This document shows positions 12,661 through 25,748 of a stretch of DNA of 64,000 bases, piece by piece. The notes below the pieces were generated by a model that did not search any database, was not told the DNA's origin, and saw nothing but the letters and a program-made list of their open reading frames with translations. The stretch covers positions 186,001 through 250,000 of the forward strand of contig JALDZX010000018.1 in assembly GCA_022813865.1 (NCBI GenBank). The letters are read 5' to 3'. How positions within the stretch are numbered: position 1 is the stretch's first letter; the number at the start of each line of letters is the position of its first letter. This DNA is from Xylographa opegraphella (taxonomy: Eukaryota). Made by a program: the position numbers and the translations under genes.

Positions 12661-14041
12661 CCATCATGCATCGTGCCCGGTAGGGCGAAGGGAGCGGCAA
12701 CAGGAGCGGGAGCGGGTTTATGACTGGCTGGCTGCCTTACCTTACCCTACCTTACCTTGGTGGGTTGGCGGGCAGGTATGCTCCGGAGGGTATATCGATG
12801 CTTTCCGCGGGGTCGATGCATTCCGGGTGGTAGGGGGGAGCCATGGGGCGGGGGTGTGGGAGAGGGGAGGGCGGGAGGAAAGGATTGGTGGTGCGGGGAG
12901 GGGGCGCGAGGGACGAGGGAGAGCGGGAAGCGAGGACTGGTGGTGAAGAGCAGATCGAGGACTGGGGGGTGGGACTGTGTAGCTGTGGACGAGAGTGGGT
13001 GGCAAAGCGGAAGTGTTGTTGGTCGTAGGTAGGGAGGTGGTTACTATGCGCGCGGGCAATCGCATGGAGCTGCTGCTGCAGGGAACCATTATTGCCGGGC
13101 GACGAAGAGCGCAGGTCCGTGAGCAGGCCGTGGCCGATGAGAAAGAAAGGGTCCTCTCGTGAAACGGCAGATGATGGCACGTGAGACGGAAGCAGCACAT
13201 CGGGACTGACTTCTGATTCACCAATAATAATACATAAATGAACGGGACCGAGTCGGGTTTAGTTTTCGATCGGAGAGTACCACACATTAGATTATTATCC
13301 AAAACCAATACCCAATGAACCGTGGTCCCAGCACGCGCTTTTTCTGCAAACCCCAGCGCCCGTTGACAATGCCGAAGCGTGACGAAGCTTCCGACCATCA
13401 GGAAAATTGAAAAGTATATCGCAAGGCCCAAGCGCAAACGGCAACCGAAAAGGGCCAGAAAGCAAAAAGGCCGTGGGGGAATCATCATCCGAATGAAGAA
13501 AAAGACGGCAAAGAGGGAGACTGTTTGGAATGATCAGGTACAGTGGATAAAGAAAAGCGAGATCGCGACATTATACAGCGCGTCGTTTGTCGAAGAGAGC
13601 AGATGCGGAAGGAGGGAGGCGAAGGTTTCGACGTCGGGATCGAGGGCAGACTTGGCGTTTCGGACGAATGACCGACGGAGCTTGAAAGGCCGGCTCCGTG
13701 TCCCCGGCATGTTCCGGGCCAGGGTTCAGCCAGAGCCGGAATTCGACTTAAGAGTGAGGTACTGTACGGGGGAAGTGGAAGCTTGGTCAAGCGCTGCGCT
13801 ATGCTGATACTGATCGCTCGAGGACGTGTACAGTACTACCCAGGAAAGGTACCAAGGTAACTGCCTCTGTTAATCTTCGTGCACGCACACACCGCCATCT
13901 CAGTCAGCAGCCAGTGCTGGCTCTGCTCACCTACCATTCGTTCTCGATCTTGCGTTCACTGAGTCCCTCCCGTTGTCGGGTCCGTAAACTGCCGTTTCCA
14001 CCGCGTCCGATGCTGTCTGTGGACGGTGCCCTATCCCCCGG

Positions 14042-14203
14042 TCATCGGCATTGAGGGCAGGAGCCAGGGATGACGATGTAACGTTCGTGAGGTGCTCGAG
14101 GACAGTTGGGGTCGCGGACGCCTTCATAGTCGGTGCGGACGTAGTGGGTGCCTCGTTCCATGCACGCGCTGAAGACGTAGTAGTTTTTGTAGTAATGGCA
14201 CAT
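14042..14203 (-). CDS. 53-aa Cys/His-rich microprotein (absent from the ORF track)
   Basis: MCHYYKNYYVFSACMERGTHYVRTDYEGVRDPNCPRAPHERYIVIPGSCPQCR*; start context CACAATG; many C-ending codons; TATATAT about 190 nt upstream. Confidence 0.7.
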   Translation of the reverse strand: MCHYYKNYYVFSACMERGTHYVRTDYEGVRDPNCPRAPHERYIVIPGSCPQCR

Positions 14204-16625
14204 TGTGAAGCCCCGGTGTACGGAAGACCTGTCGCGGCGAGGGCGTGTGGGGACTTCTACACGGGCAAGTCAGTGGTGCGAATGCCGGACAGGTGAGGGT
14301 CATCGGCACACCGTGGCTGGAATGTATCGGACAGGGAGAGTGTCGCGATGCTGGGGATGATCGTGACGGAAGAGCACCGAGGGCAGCAGCCGGATATATA
14401 GGCTTCCACCGCTCGCGGCTGCGAAGACTGCTGGACTGTGGTCAAGGAGATGTGGATCCCTCGCATTCCCGTTGCGGTGGCGGTATCTGCAGATGGACAG
14501 TCCCTGAGCTGGACTAAAGGGAAGGAAAGAGAGAGAGAGAGGATAGCAAAGAGAGTTGCGGATCAGGGGACACGGTGCTGGAGATCCTCTCCATGGTTCA
14601 CAGATATACTTGGCCGCGAGGGTCTTAGGGAGGCCGACTCAGCATCAGAACCCATACTTGCGCGACCAGGGAAGCGGACGGCCATACTGGTCGCGCGCAG
14701 CAACGACCCAGACCCGTAGGCAGGAGGAAAGCAATGGCCACCTCCTGGGGCAGTTGGAACCAATAATCACTGCTGCGTGGCATGAAAGCGGTCAAAGCAC
14801 TCGGTGGGATGTCCTTTCGTGAGCCTTGGGTCCGCGAGGAAGGTTTAGCTTCAGCAGAGTTGACAGGTCCACCGACTAGGCTACCGGGTCACGCTGAAGT
14901 GCCGGAATTGGAGCGCATGGCGGCCGTCGCTGGACAAGCCGACCGGACCCTGGGGTGGTGGTGAAGCATCATTGCGCATTCGACCTGATATGGTGTGAGG
15001 GAGGGCCAGCAGAGGGAGGGCAGAGCCTGCGGTGTGACCTGCTCATGGGGAGGCTCGAAGAGGAAGTCCGGGGAAAGGGGGGAGGGGGGAAGATGGGAAG
15101 TGAGACGTTGGGGACAAGCGAACGTCAACTCACTCGCTCGCTGGTTGGTAAACACGTTCTGATATCCGCCCGTCACAACACCCCTTCTCCACCCCTGGCA
15201 TTGCAGTCCTGAGCATATCGCATACAGAACATCCATGTCCCGGAGGTGAAGAAACCACGATGCCATGTGATCGTCCCGTCCCCATTCGGATGGCCATCCT
15301 GACTCGTCCGCTCCAGACCATTTCCTCAACACGGCTCATCATCCCATCCACCGCGTGGAACTGGCGTAACGATGCCGCTTAGTGCAAAGTATCTCGCCCA
15401 AGCCGTTGAAGGATCACGGCGGGAACGAAGGTCGACGGATTCATTGGCTACTGCTTGCTGTTGGCGCTTGCCATAGCGCGGAAAGGATAATGGAGACGCG
15501 TTTACGGGAACAAGTGGGATGGCGAACGTTAAAATGCCGGACAAGAGCTGCTGGGTGCGAGAAGCGAGAAGGTCAGTGTGTCGACCGGGCGCGTCAGCTT
15601 TACAAAACATCCTACGCCGGAGTGGGTCTGTCGTCGAAAGGCCCAAGAGTTCTTTGGGCACCGGTGAATGGACGGCAGGCGAGAGGCAGGCTTCGATTGG
15701 GCACGCCAGGACCGTGCAAGCGGTACCTCCTTTACAAGCTACACACTCCCCTCCTGCCGAAGTACCCACGAGCATTCTGACGTGAAAGAGGGCAGAGGGG
15801 GCCTTGGGAGGACGCTCGCTCCGTCGGCTATCGCATATTCGGCCAGATTGCACCATCGCTCCTGGGGAGCAGGAAGGAAAGGAAGGGGAGTGGTGGACTG
15901 AGGTTGATATTGGGTTGAGCGTGCCGGGCTAAGCATGATTCCAAATCCTTCGCCGGCCACGACATACATGATGCCACATACCGTTTGGGTCAAGTGACGG
16001 TTATGTACTGCCGGTGCGGGTGCGCGTCGCCAGGTTTATTGGCAGCTGTCAGGATAGGGCGGCGCATGGCTGACGGCAAGCCGCACAAGTCAAAACCCCC
16101 GTTTCACCCTTCTCATCAGCTGTGATCCAGTCAATCACGAACGGGAAGCTTCGCTCTTCGACACGAGAGGTGCAATATTTGAATAGGCAATAATAATAGT
16201 AATAATTCAGGGGCTGGGAAGGAGAATAAGGGAGAGTGATGGATAGGGCCGACACCGGCTATTGATGCCCCGGCCATTAGTTAATCCGCTGTCCTGCCGA
16301 GCATGGCAACCCCAAGCGAGACGAGCTTGCCATCGTCTATTTGCTTAGTCATCCGTTGCTGAGGGCCGCCGTAGTTTGTACCGCAGTAACCACCGCATTC
16401 AACCACACAAACCACCACGTTAATATACGCTCGTTTCTGCAACAGCACACCTGCCCTCCCTCAACTCCCTCAACTCCCTCATCGTCACTCTCTACTCACT
16501 CTAACCACCGAGCTTGCAATCGCTCGTCTTTGCCACCCTTTCCCTCCCTGCCGCAAGCCTCCTCGTCTTGGGCCTTGCCCGCCGTCCTATCCTGGGATAC
16601 ACCACTTTCCCTCAGTGCCGACGCC

Positions 16626-17807
16626 ATGGGCTTTGGCGACTTCAACACAATATGTCAGACAAGCCCCTTGCCTCTATGCTCCTTGGTGGGCCCGATCTCC
16701 AACATCACCGGCACCACTGGCATCCAGGCTACCTGCTATGCACGCAGTATTGAGCTCGCCAATACCATCATCTTCGAGGCCGCCACCGATTTCATGCACA
16801 TATTGGCGCTGGCCATGACCGCCATCATGATCATACATGTCCGATCCAAATTCACCGCCGTCGGTAGGTATTTGTTTATTGTTGACTGCACGATCCCTTG
16901 CCAGAGGAGCTTTGCGCTGACGATGTTCTATTTTTAGGTCGCAAGGAAATCACCACCTTTTTCTACATCTTCCTCATGCTCACCATCATCTCGCTCATCC
17001 TCGACTCGGGCGTGATACCGGCGGGTAACGGTGTGTATCCATACTTCGTCGCTGTGCAGAACGGCTTTGCGTCGGCCCTGTGCACCAGCCTTCTGATCAA
17101 TGGCTTTGTCGGCTTTCAACTCTACGAGGATGGCACCACCCAGTCGGTCTGGCTGTTGCGCGGCTCGTCGGTAGTCATGTTCCTCATCTCGTTCGCTGTC
17201 TCAATCCTTACATTCATGGGGAAAGCTGGCCTCAGCCCCACCAATACCGTCGGATTGTTTGTGGTGCTGTACGTCGTCAACGGGGTTTGTTTGCTCGTCT
17301 ATGTGATCATGCAGATCATCCTGGTGGTCAATACGCTCCAAGATAGATGGCCCCTCGGGGATATTGGCTTTGGTGTCTTCTTTTTTGTTGTGGGCCAGGT
17401 GGTACTCTACGTCTTTGGCGACACTATTTGCGCTGGTGTCGACCACTATCTGGACGCTCTGTTCATTTCAACGATCTGCAACCTTCTGGCGGTGATGATG
17501 GTGTACAAGGTACGAGTCCCGCTATCCGTCCAGCTTCACCTTGGGTTTCTCGAATCCGAGCCATCGATTCAAAACATTTCCTGTCTCCTCCTGATTCGCA
17601 TTTGCTAATATGCATCCTAACTAGTACTGGGATTCCATTACCAAGGAGGATCTCGAATTCAGTGTCGGCACAAAACAGGGGAACTGGGAAGTCAAGGAGC
17701 TTCTGCCTGAAGACGACCGCCGCACGACGATGTACCAAGATGCAAACTCGGAATACTCGAGCAGCATGCATCAACGGCAGTCTGTGTACGGCGGTGGATA
17801 CCAATGA
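16626..17807 (+). CDS. CHS7: Chitin synthase export chaperone Chs7, three exons
   Basis: [89 protein letters not shown]. Confidence 0.96.
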
Positions 17808-20800
17808 TCACGCCACTTCTCGATCAACAATATTTCATTTCACATTTACGCAACGCATTTGTCTCTCTTGGATTTAGCGACATTGGCGTTTCTCCGATAG
17901 CATAGCGACGTCGTCCGAGGCACGTGGTTGCATCTCCAGAGCATGGGATTGGAAAGCATTGGCGCTGGGAATACAATAATTGAGCATCACGGAGGGAGGA
18001 CGCTTCACGGACATGATCACCCACGAGGGATAGATATTCTGACCGGCGTCCCTATAGCGTAGCATTAGAACACGAACCACACCAAACCCTGATCTGCGGA
18101 GGGAGCTCTCTCCGTCCGACCGCGCATCAACCACAGGCCTCTTCGTCTCACCCATAATCCATAATCCACATCTGCTGTGCAACCTCCTCACTTTTTAGAC
18201 TGCCCAGACGCCCGCACCGCTCCTTCCGCCTCGTCCCTGTCGCCCCGCCACCCCCTCCCCTCGCCCGTGCGCCTGACCCCTCAGCCGCGCTGCCATCCGC
18301 CCTCCCTAACCCCAAAGGAGAAGAACCCTGTTCCCCACGTGCGGCAGCGGAAGCGAACCCACCACCACCCGCTCACGCCCTCTCCGTGTCCCGCCCTCCT
18401 CTATCCTCCAGGCCTCCGTACAGGCGTAGTGTAGTGTAGGTCGTCGACCCTACCCTAACATAGCTTACCCTAGTATAAATCAATCCGCAACAACTATGCC
18501 AAGATTAGACCCCGGCGCGCGAGCGCGAGCGCGAGCTTCCCAGATTTCAGATCCCAGATTCCTTTTCCCCCTTTTTTCTTTTAGGCGTACTCCGTAAGGT
18601 AGGGATACTCACGTACTCTCGCGCATTGAACTCCCCTTACCTTACCTTACCCTCCCTACCCATCCACCACAGCCCCGCCTACACGCTCGTCCCCCCTCAC
18701 CTCCCCCCTTCGCCCCGCTCCCCCACGCGACGTCGCGCCCACAAAGCGAGCCGCAACGTTGTCGCAACGTGGGATTTGACTTCCCGCCGCCGTTTGCTAG
18801 TGTTGGTGCTGGTGCTGGTGCTGGCTGTGAGGGCGAGGGCGAGGGCACGGTGGGTAAGGAGGTGGGGAGGGAACGTGGGGTTTGACTTCTGGATGGGTGG
18901 GGGGCGGTGCGTGAGCGGTGTGAGCGGTGAGAGCGGTGGGAGGGACGGTTTCGCTAGGGGAATGGGGAGGGGAGGGAGGGGATGTGAAGAGGGGATGTGA
19001 AGAGGGGTAGTTGAGGGTGTCTTGCTCTCTCTGTCTCTCGAGCTCGAGCTCGAGCTGTCGCGGTGGGAAAGTTGCGCTGCTCGCTCGCGGCTCTGTCTCT
19101 GTCTGCCTTATCTACTAGCGGCGAAGTGGATCTGGGGAAGTGACAGGGTCTGACGGTTCGCTTATCTGGCGAAGGTCACTTGCGGTGGTGGTGGGTACAT
19201 ACGTACCGCAGGAGGGTGTGAGACAGCCATGGGCTTGCGGGCTGGAGGTGGCTGGTGGGGCGGTTGGATGGGCTCACCGTTTTCAGGCCAGATGGGGTCG
19301 GTCCTCGCGGCTGGGGCGGAGGGGGTTGGTGACTGGGTCGGGTGGAGGGCGGTGGGGTGGTGGTGGTGGAGGTTGGGGATACCAGGGGAGGGAAAGGGAG
19401 GCCATAGAGAGGATTTTCCGTATTGGGAACACGGAGGACGACTGGGGTGGGAAAGGGAGTGGTGGAAGCAAGGATGGGATGGATCTCGGTTCCAGAGATT
19501 GATGGGCGTTTTTTCATTGGGTGGGGGGATATGTGGTGCTGTTCTGGGACCCTTTGGTTCATCTCCCCTTTCTGGACGGGGGGACTGGGGGTTTTATTAT
19601 TCCAGAGAAACGGTTTTTTCCCCATATTCATATGATCTTGCTTGACGAAAGGCAACAGTCTCGTCGCTAACTCGGAGTCGATCTCTTGATACCTGTGCAG
19701 CATTACCATCGTCCAATGACTCCCAAGGATAAAGTGTAAAGCAGGGCTTCCCCCATGGCGGAACACGTCTGGTCCCGGCGTGCGTTCTTATTCTTTGATC
19801 TGTTCCTGAGCTGGGTGTTGATAGCGGCCGCCCTGGATGTGAGTGGATTGTCAACGGTGTAGGAGCTTATGGATGCCAAGATCCGCGATGATAGGTCTCA
19901 TTCTCGCCATCTTCCTGGGTAGGGAGCAGATGGTTATCGGGTTGGATGTCTTTGTGCTTGATTGCGTTTCTGGGCATGTATGCTCGGCTGTCGAGATAGG
20001 CAGAGGATGTGCTAAGGAGATCTTCGGATCTGAGTACCAGGGGTCAGAGTGCACTCGTCCTGGTTGCAGATAGAAAGCGCTGAAGAGGGCTAAGTGCCCA
20101 GGGTGATGTCAGAAGAGAGAGAGTTTTTCCAAAGGATAGTCTTCGATGTGATAGCCATCACGTACCTTCGACGACGTTAGGATGGGTGCAATTTCCATAG
20201 CGGACGGATTTCTCTTCGTACGTCGTTTTGTTTCTATGTCTGCACCCACTCATACCCCTTTTATATTGATCTCTTCGAATGCGAAGGATCCTTTTAGCCT
20301 CGAAGTATGGATATCAGCCTTGAAGACCGATGTGTTAGAGCCATGGACCATCCGAGCTCTATCATCTCGAATGTACGGCCCATCACCCAGCACTCAGATA
20401 TTCAGAAATCGTCACACCGCTCCGAGGCACAGACGATTGAATGTCCCATGGTGATCTTTGCCGAACTTCAAAACATGGACAATCATTTTCGGCTCCGAGC
20501 CTCGTGTTTATCTCAAAGATGCAGAGGGCGGAAGACTTAATACTAAAGCAGATGTAAAACCACCATACGAAGACGCTGCTAAAACTTCCTGCCGTAGAAT
20601 CTATGCCTTGACGACAGTCGCGTGACACAGTCAACTCAATTGTATACATGGCACGAACCCAATCAAGCACAGAAACCCAAATTCCACAACCTCTCACAAC
20701 CTCCCGACTACCCAACCCATCCCACGAATATTCCGAAACACATACTCGTATCGTAAAAGGAGAAAGCAACACAGCAAGAAAAGAATCCCATGATATACTA

Positions 20801-21553
20801 TATCCAACGACAAGTATATCTGCCGTGAAGCAAAGGGGAGACAGAACATAGGATCGTCTACAGAAAAAGCAAAGACGCCACTTCCGAATGTCCTAGAATT
20901 CTCAACAACGAACGCACGATCGTAAAGACGCAAGCAGTTTCGCTGTAGTCGACGCTTCACCAATGTTTCTCTGCAGACTAGTATACTTGCAACGGAGAAT
21001 GAGGAGCAACGACAGGTGAAAGGCTTCCATTGACAGGCGAGGGGCTGTACCTGCATCGTACCGAAAAAATCTGTCCATATGTTCTTAAAAACCCTCACAC
21101 CTTCGATGATCCAATCTCAACGTCACGAACCCAACACCTATACCTCCCCCGTATCTCTCTTAAAACCCCATACGCACAGCGTGCCCATATCGACATTATC
21201 ATTAAAACCTAGAAGCTATGTACGTCGGACTTAAGAAAAGCCGCATCATTAACGGCCTGAACATCCATCCCATGATAAAACGTCAACAATTCATAATCAC
21301 GAAGCGCATCCGACGTCATGATCGCTATGGAAACGCTGTACGATCGCACTTTTTTTTCCTCCTGCATGAAGCATTACGTCGATGGCATCACCATCCAACC
21401 CACCATTCGACACCATGACCATTTCCGTTTCCATCACCATCACTGTTGCCATGCACCCCGTCGTCACCCCAAACTCCGCGCCAAGGTATGCCAGCCTGCT
21501 GAGAAATCCCCATAACCCGCGGCGATACCGACCTTCAACGCCACTGGTCCCCA

Positions 21554-24500
21554 TCAACCAGCCCCGAACCAATACCCTTCGTTTGCCAACATGCCCAACA
21601 TCTCCAGACTCTCCCCAATCTCCGGACCAAAGGCCCCAGTCCACGGCCCCGACCCCATTGGGTTCGTGTCGGTCGCCGAATGTTGCCCTGGGTGGATGAG
21701 CGGATTGACATCGAGCGTGAGCCAGTCGTAGTCCTGGCTCGACGGCGCGTACATGAAGGCGGCTTGCTGCTGCTGTTGGAGCTGCAGTTGCTGCTGGTAC
21801 TGTGCCTGCTGCTGCGGCGGGGTCTGCAGGCCCTGCGAGTGAGGAAGCGACTGCTGAGCCGAGTAGGCCTGCGGCGGCGAGAGTGACTCGAGGGAGTTGC
21901 TGTAGAACTGCGAGCCGTCGCTGGTGGTATAGGCAGAGGCGTAGTTATAGTCCGGCGGTGGCATGATTGTCATGCTGCTGTCGTTGGGGTCAATGAGGTT
22001 GGTGGTCGAGCCCAGGAAGCGACCTTGCGCCCGAATGGACTCGTAGCTCGAATTGTTGGGGACTTCTTGCTGGCCACTCATAGTGTTATACTGTTCGGCT
22101 GTGGGCGACGTCGGCTTCATGAGATTTCCGGGTGATTCAGCCGAAGGCTTTCTTGTGTGAGTAGCAGTGCGTTTGTTCCCACCTCGAGCCTTTACGGCAA
22201 ACTTCACAAATTTGGTTCTGATGCTGGATGTTAGTCCGTCGAGAAGATCAGCAATCCGCGATATGAGGTGGACATCGTCGACAACGTTCTTTCTGAGCGC
22301 CTTCACAGTACTTTCCAGCAGTTTCAGTGAAATATCTACTTCCTCCTTTTTGGCTCCAAGAGCAAATGTCTAACAGTAAAAAAGTTAGCATCAAGCTTTC
22401 CACGTAGAAATGATCATGTTCGGCTTGAGACAGAACGGAGTCAAGGCCTTCGTGCCGATATCACAATACTCGCGGGGGAATCGAGAACAAAAGCTCGGCG
22501 TGACGTGGAAAAAGCTCGAGACTAACCTTCAGCAAGAACATTGCACCAGACAGGATCCGAAAGTACGTCCGCACAGGCGCATGTCTTAGACCATTTTGTG
22601 GTACGAGTCCATCGAGGATGTGGCGCAGCATGCTCCGCGAGGCATCGACAACTTCTGCAATATAGATTTCATTTTGCTTGCGAAATGCCACCAACGCGGA
22701 AGAAAGTAGAGTAGGAGCCATGGGCCCATTGGTACTTGAAGGTCCTCCCGAGTTTGCCGCCGCTGTTTCCTCTGCTGTGGTGGCACATTTTTCGAGTACT
22801 GCCTGTAGCGACAGAGAATTCACATATGTACCTGGACACGTTTTAGAAGATGGACAGTACTTGGTTATTGTCTAGTACACTTACGAGCATACTCATACTC
22901 GATCATCAGGAGTGTTCGAGAAAGTGGCGGCACTGCTACAATTAGTAAGATACACCGCTTAAAGGGTAGTGACTTACCATCGGCTATACTCTCGAAATTC
23001 GCTAACCACTCACGCAGCCTCGGCCAATAAGCCTCAAGATAGTTCAAGTAATCTCCAGTCTGAATCCGTTCCCTTGTGATTGTCTTCGATTCGAACATCT
23101 CAGAATTACCTTGTCTCATGAGAGCTGTTAATCCTGCCCATGCGCGTTGGATCTTCTCCATTGTCTCTTCGCATTCGGTTCTACAAACTAAGTGACGGTT
23201 AGATTGAGTGAGTAATGAATATTGAGGATACTGACTCGGACGTTCCGGTGGTGCAAGCATCTTAAAATAATCGATGTGCAGCATCTTCCCATCTTGGGGC
23301 AGAATATTGGCGATACCAAGTCTGCCACTGGTCAGATTGACGAATATGTACAATAAACGACCAACACGGTTGGCACGGTCACTATCGTAAGCATTGCTTG
23401 ATTTGAGAAGCGGGCGCCACTCTTCCCCATCCATCAACGAATCAAATATACCAAGCTCGTAAGACAGCGTATACGCGAAACTAACTAAGCTCCAACACAT
23501 CTTGTCAGATCGCTGGGCAGGTTCTGTCCATCCTGAGTAGATATTGCTAGCACTGGCAGATTTTTGAGCTTCGCTAATTCCAGTCTCCGAAAGAAGTGGT
23601 ACCATGATCTCATCGCTATCGTCTCCAGGTGGAAAGTGCATAGACCGCGGATGCCATTCGCTTAAAAGAAGCAAACTGTCAAAAGTTAGTAGGAACATCA
23701 TGAGCATCACTCGTCCAGCTAATACCTCTCCACAGTCCCCAATCCTCTCAGACCCCCTCTGGTCACGGCTGAGCGCTGCTCTCTGGTTGCCCCAGCGCCA
23801 CAAAAGCCTCCTCCTGATTGTTCCTGGCTCCAGAACATGCGGGTGATCATGCCTTGAAGATACATCCAAAGTTTGTCATGAACCATGAACGATCTGGACT
23901 GACCAGCTGGACCAGCCAGAACCATGAACCGCGAAGCGATGGTCAAGAGCGTCATCGCGAGCACTGGCTCTTCGTTGAGCAGCTTGGAATGGGAGGCCGG
24001 AAAACGGAATTGCAGAGGACCGATCGGCGTCAACGGTGCCAGATATTTGTAGAAGTAGTCCATGTAAGAGATTGCTTCCGCCGCAGTGAACCAGCCAGCC
24101 CTTACAAACCTGAACAGTGACCAAGCACGTAATGCATCTTTCATCTCGTCCTCGGCACTAGTCGCAGCTTCACCAGAGGATGATACAATCGCTGGATCTA
24201 TAGCCATTGCTAGATCATGGCTGAGGAGAGTGCCGTCTGAGAGCTTGCGTGAAGTGCTGGACGCTCCTCCGCCCTGGACAGACGCGTTTTGCTGCGTTGA
24301 ATCACTCTGTCGGTTCAAGTCTCCCGACCTCGCCACTGCGTCCACCAGCAAGTGGAGAGCATCTCCAGGATTATTTATAGGGCTCTTGAAAAGAGCGGCC
24401 GCAGTCTCGTTCGTTACTTCGCGGCCATCAGGTGTAGTCTTCAACGGCCTTACTGGCGCATTTCGGGCTGCAGATTTCCCTAGGGGATTCCCCTGCAGTA

Positions 24501-25112
24501 CTGCCGCCGGCTCCGCGTGTGGCTCTCGGCGCTCTTGTTTCTCAGTTGGCCCGGAGTAATGCTCAAAGTCGGGCGGCGACATGCTACCGCCATCCTGCCC
24601 CTCGGCCACATTGCGGTCGGAGACTCTGGACGTGTCAAATTGACTTCTGCGGTTTCTCACTACATACTCCTCGCTCAGATCCTGCGGGCCTTCGTCTTCG
24701 GCTTTGCGCTTCCGTCGAGTTTCGGTGAAAAAGCAGTCTTTCTTTTCACGCCGGCAGCGTACACAAGGTGGATCGTGCGGATTATCAACCTGGCCCAGGT
24801 CACATCGGACTTTACGGCGACGACAAGGGATCTAAGAATGACGGATTCAGTAACGGCAATTGCAGGCGCACAGATAAGCATGTCAGCCCCCCGCCAAATA
24901 AGCAGCGGGACATTTGTTGCAGCTCTCCCGAGTGTGGAGAAGGGGGGAGGGGGGTAGTGTAGCAGCTCGCAGTTTGGGTGGGGGAAGGATGAATGGAGCT
25001 GGGAGAGCAAGTGGAGGAAGGTGGGACTCACACATGCTTGATATGTACGCTTATGCGACGAAGCTGGGTTGTCGACGCTGACTAGTGGAGGTGTGACCGA
25101 TACAGTCGCCAT
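21554..25112 (-). CDS. ARO80: Zn(II)2Cys6 transcription factor, Aro80-like, multi-exon
   Basis: Spliced HKRTYQAC|IPCRRRKVRCDLGQVDNPHDPPCVRCRREKKDC; middle region WSLFRFVRAGWFTAAEAISYMDYF; VVDDVHL motif; Gln-rich and acidic C-terminus. Confidence 0.85.
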
Positions 25113-25748
25113 GGATGTTATCTCGAAGGAGTCTGCACGTGTGGGTAGCCGATGAAAGCCGGACGAGGACCGCGAATCGAGAAGATGTCGTGTCGTGGCC
25201 TGGTGCTACGCCTCAGTCGAGTGGAGCGCATTTGAAATCTCAAACTACAGGCATATATGCATGAGCAGAGTGTACAATGCAACAGCGTCAAGCTGATTCC
25301 TGTTCCGCTGCTGCTACCTTCATCGTCTCTTCTTGACTTGCACACACACTTTACAGCGCCCATCTGGTGCGACGGGCCACCTGAAGGCGACAAATGTGGC
25401 CTCCCTGCAGATGCAATCTATATTTATCATGCCTTGAGTTTTACAATCGTGGAAGACTTGGCTTGGTTGCTATCGCTGATCAGGACGCTATATATACTGC
25501 CTGAATGCAAAGTATGTTCGTTCTCGTAATTCAATGACAACGTGGATTGCTAGACTCGTCCACCCTGCGCCCATCCAACCACGAGCGCCAGCTTTCTATG
25601 CCCCATGATGCAGTAGACTCAATCCGTAAAGATAGCGGTTTGGTATCCTTGTACGCAAACAAGTACATCACTCTCGGATAAACGTCAGATATTGAACACA
25701 AAATACTCCCACGTCCAGACGACCCCCCCGTCTACATAAATACTTCCT

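Noticed and set aside
12742..13807. Long ORFs of 140-248 aa on both strands
   Set aside because: Pro/Ser- or Gly/Arg-rich translations of low-complexity GC-rich DNA with no recognisable domain.
18446..18475. ACCCTAAC as a possible telomerase RNA template
   Set aside because: Only 8 nt inside a CCCTA-type simple repeat; the longer TAACCCTAA template is absent and no pseudoknot or other telomerase RNA element was recognisable.
19176..19766. 196-aa minus-strand ORF
   Set aside because: No ATG at the track start, Pro-rich because of G-tracts, and no domain; the splice signals here point to the plus strand.
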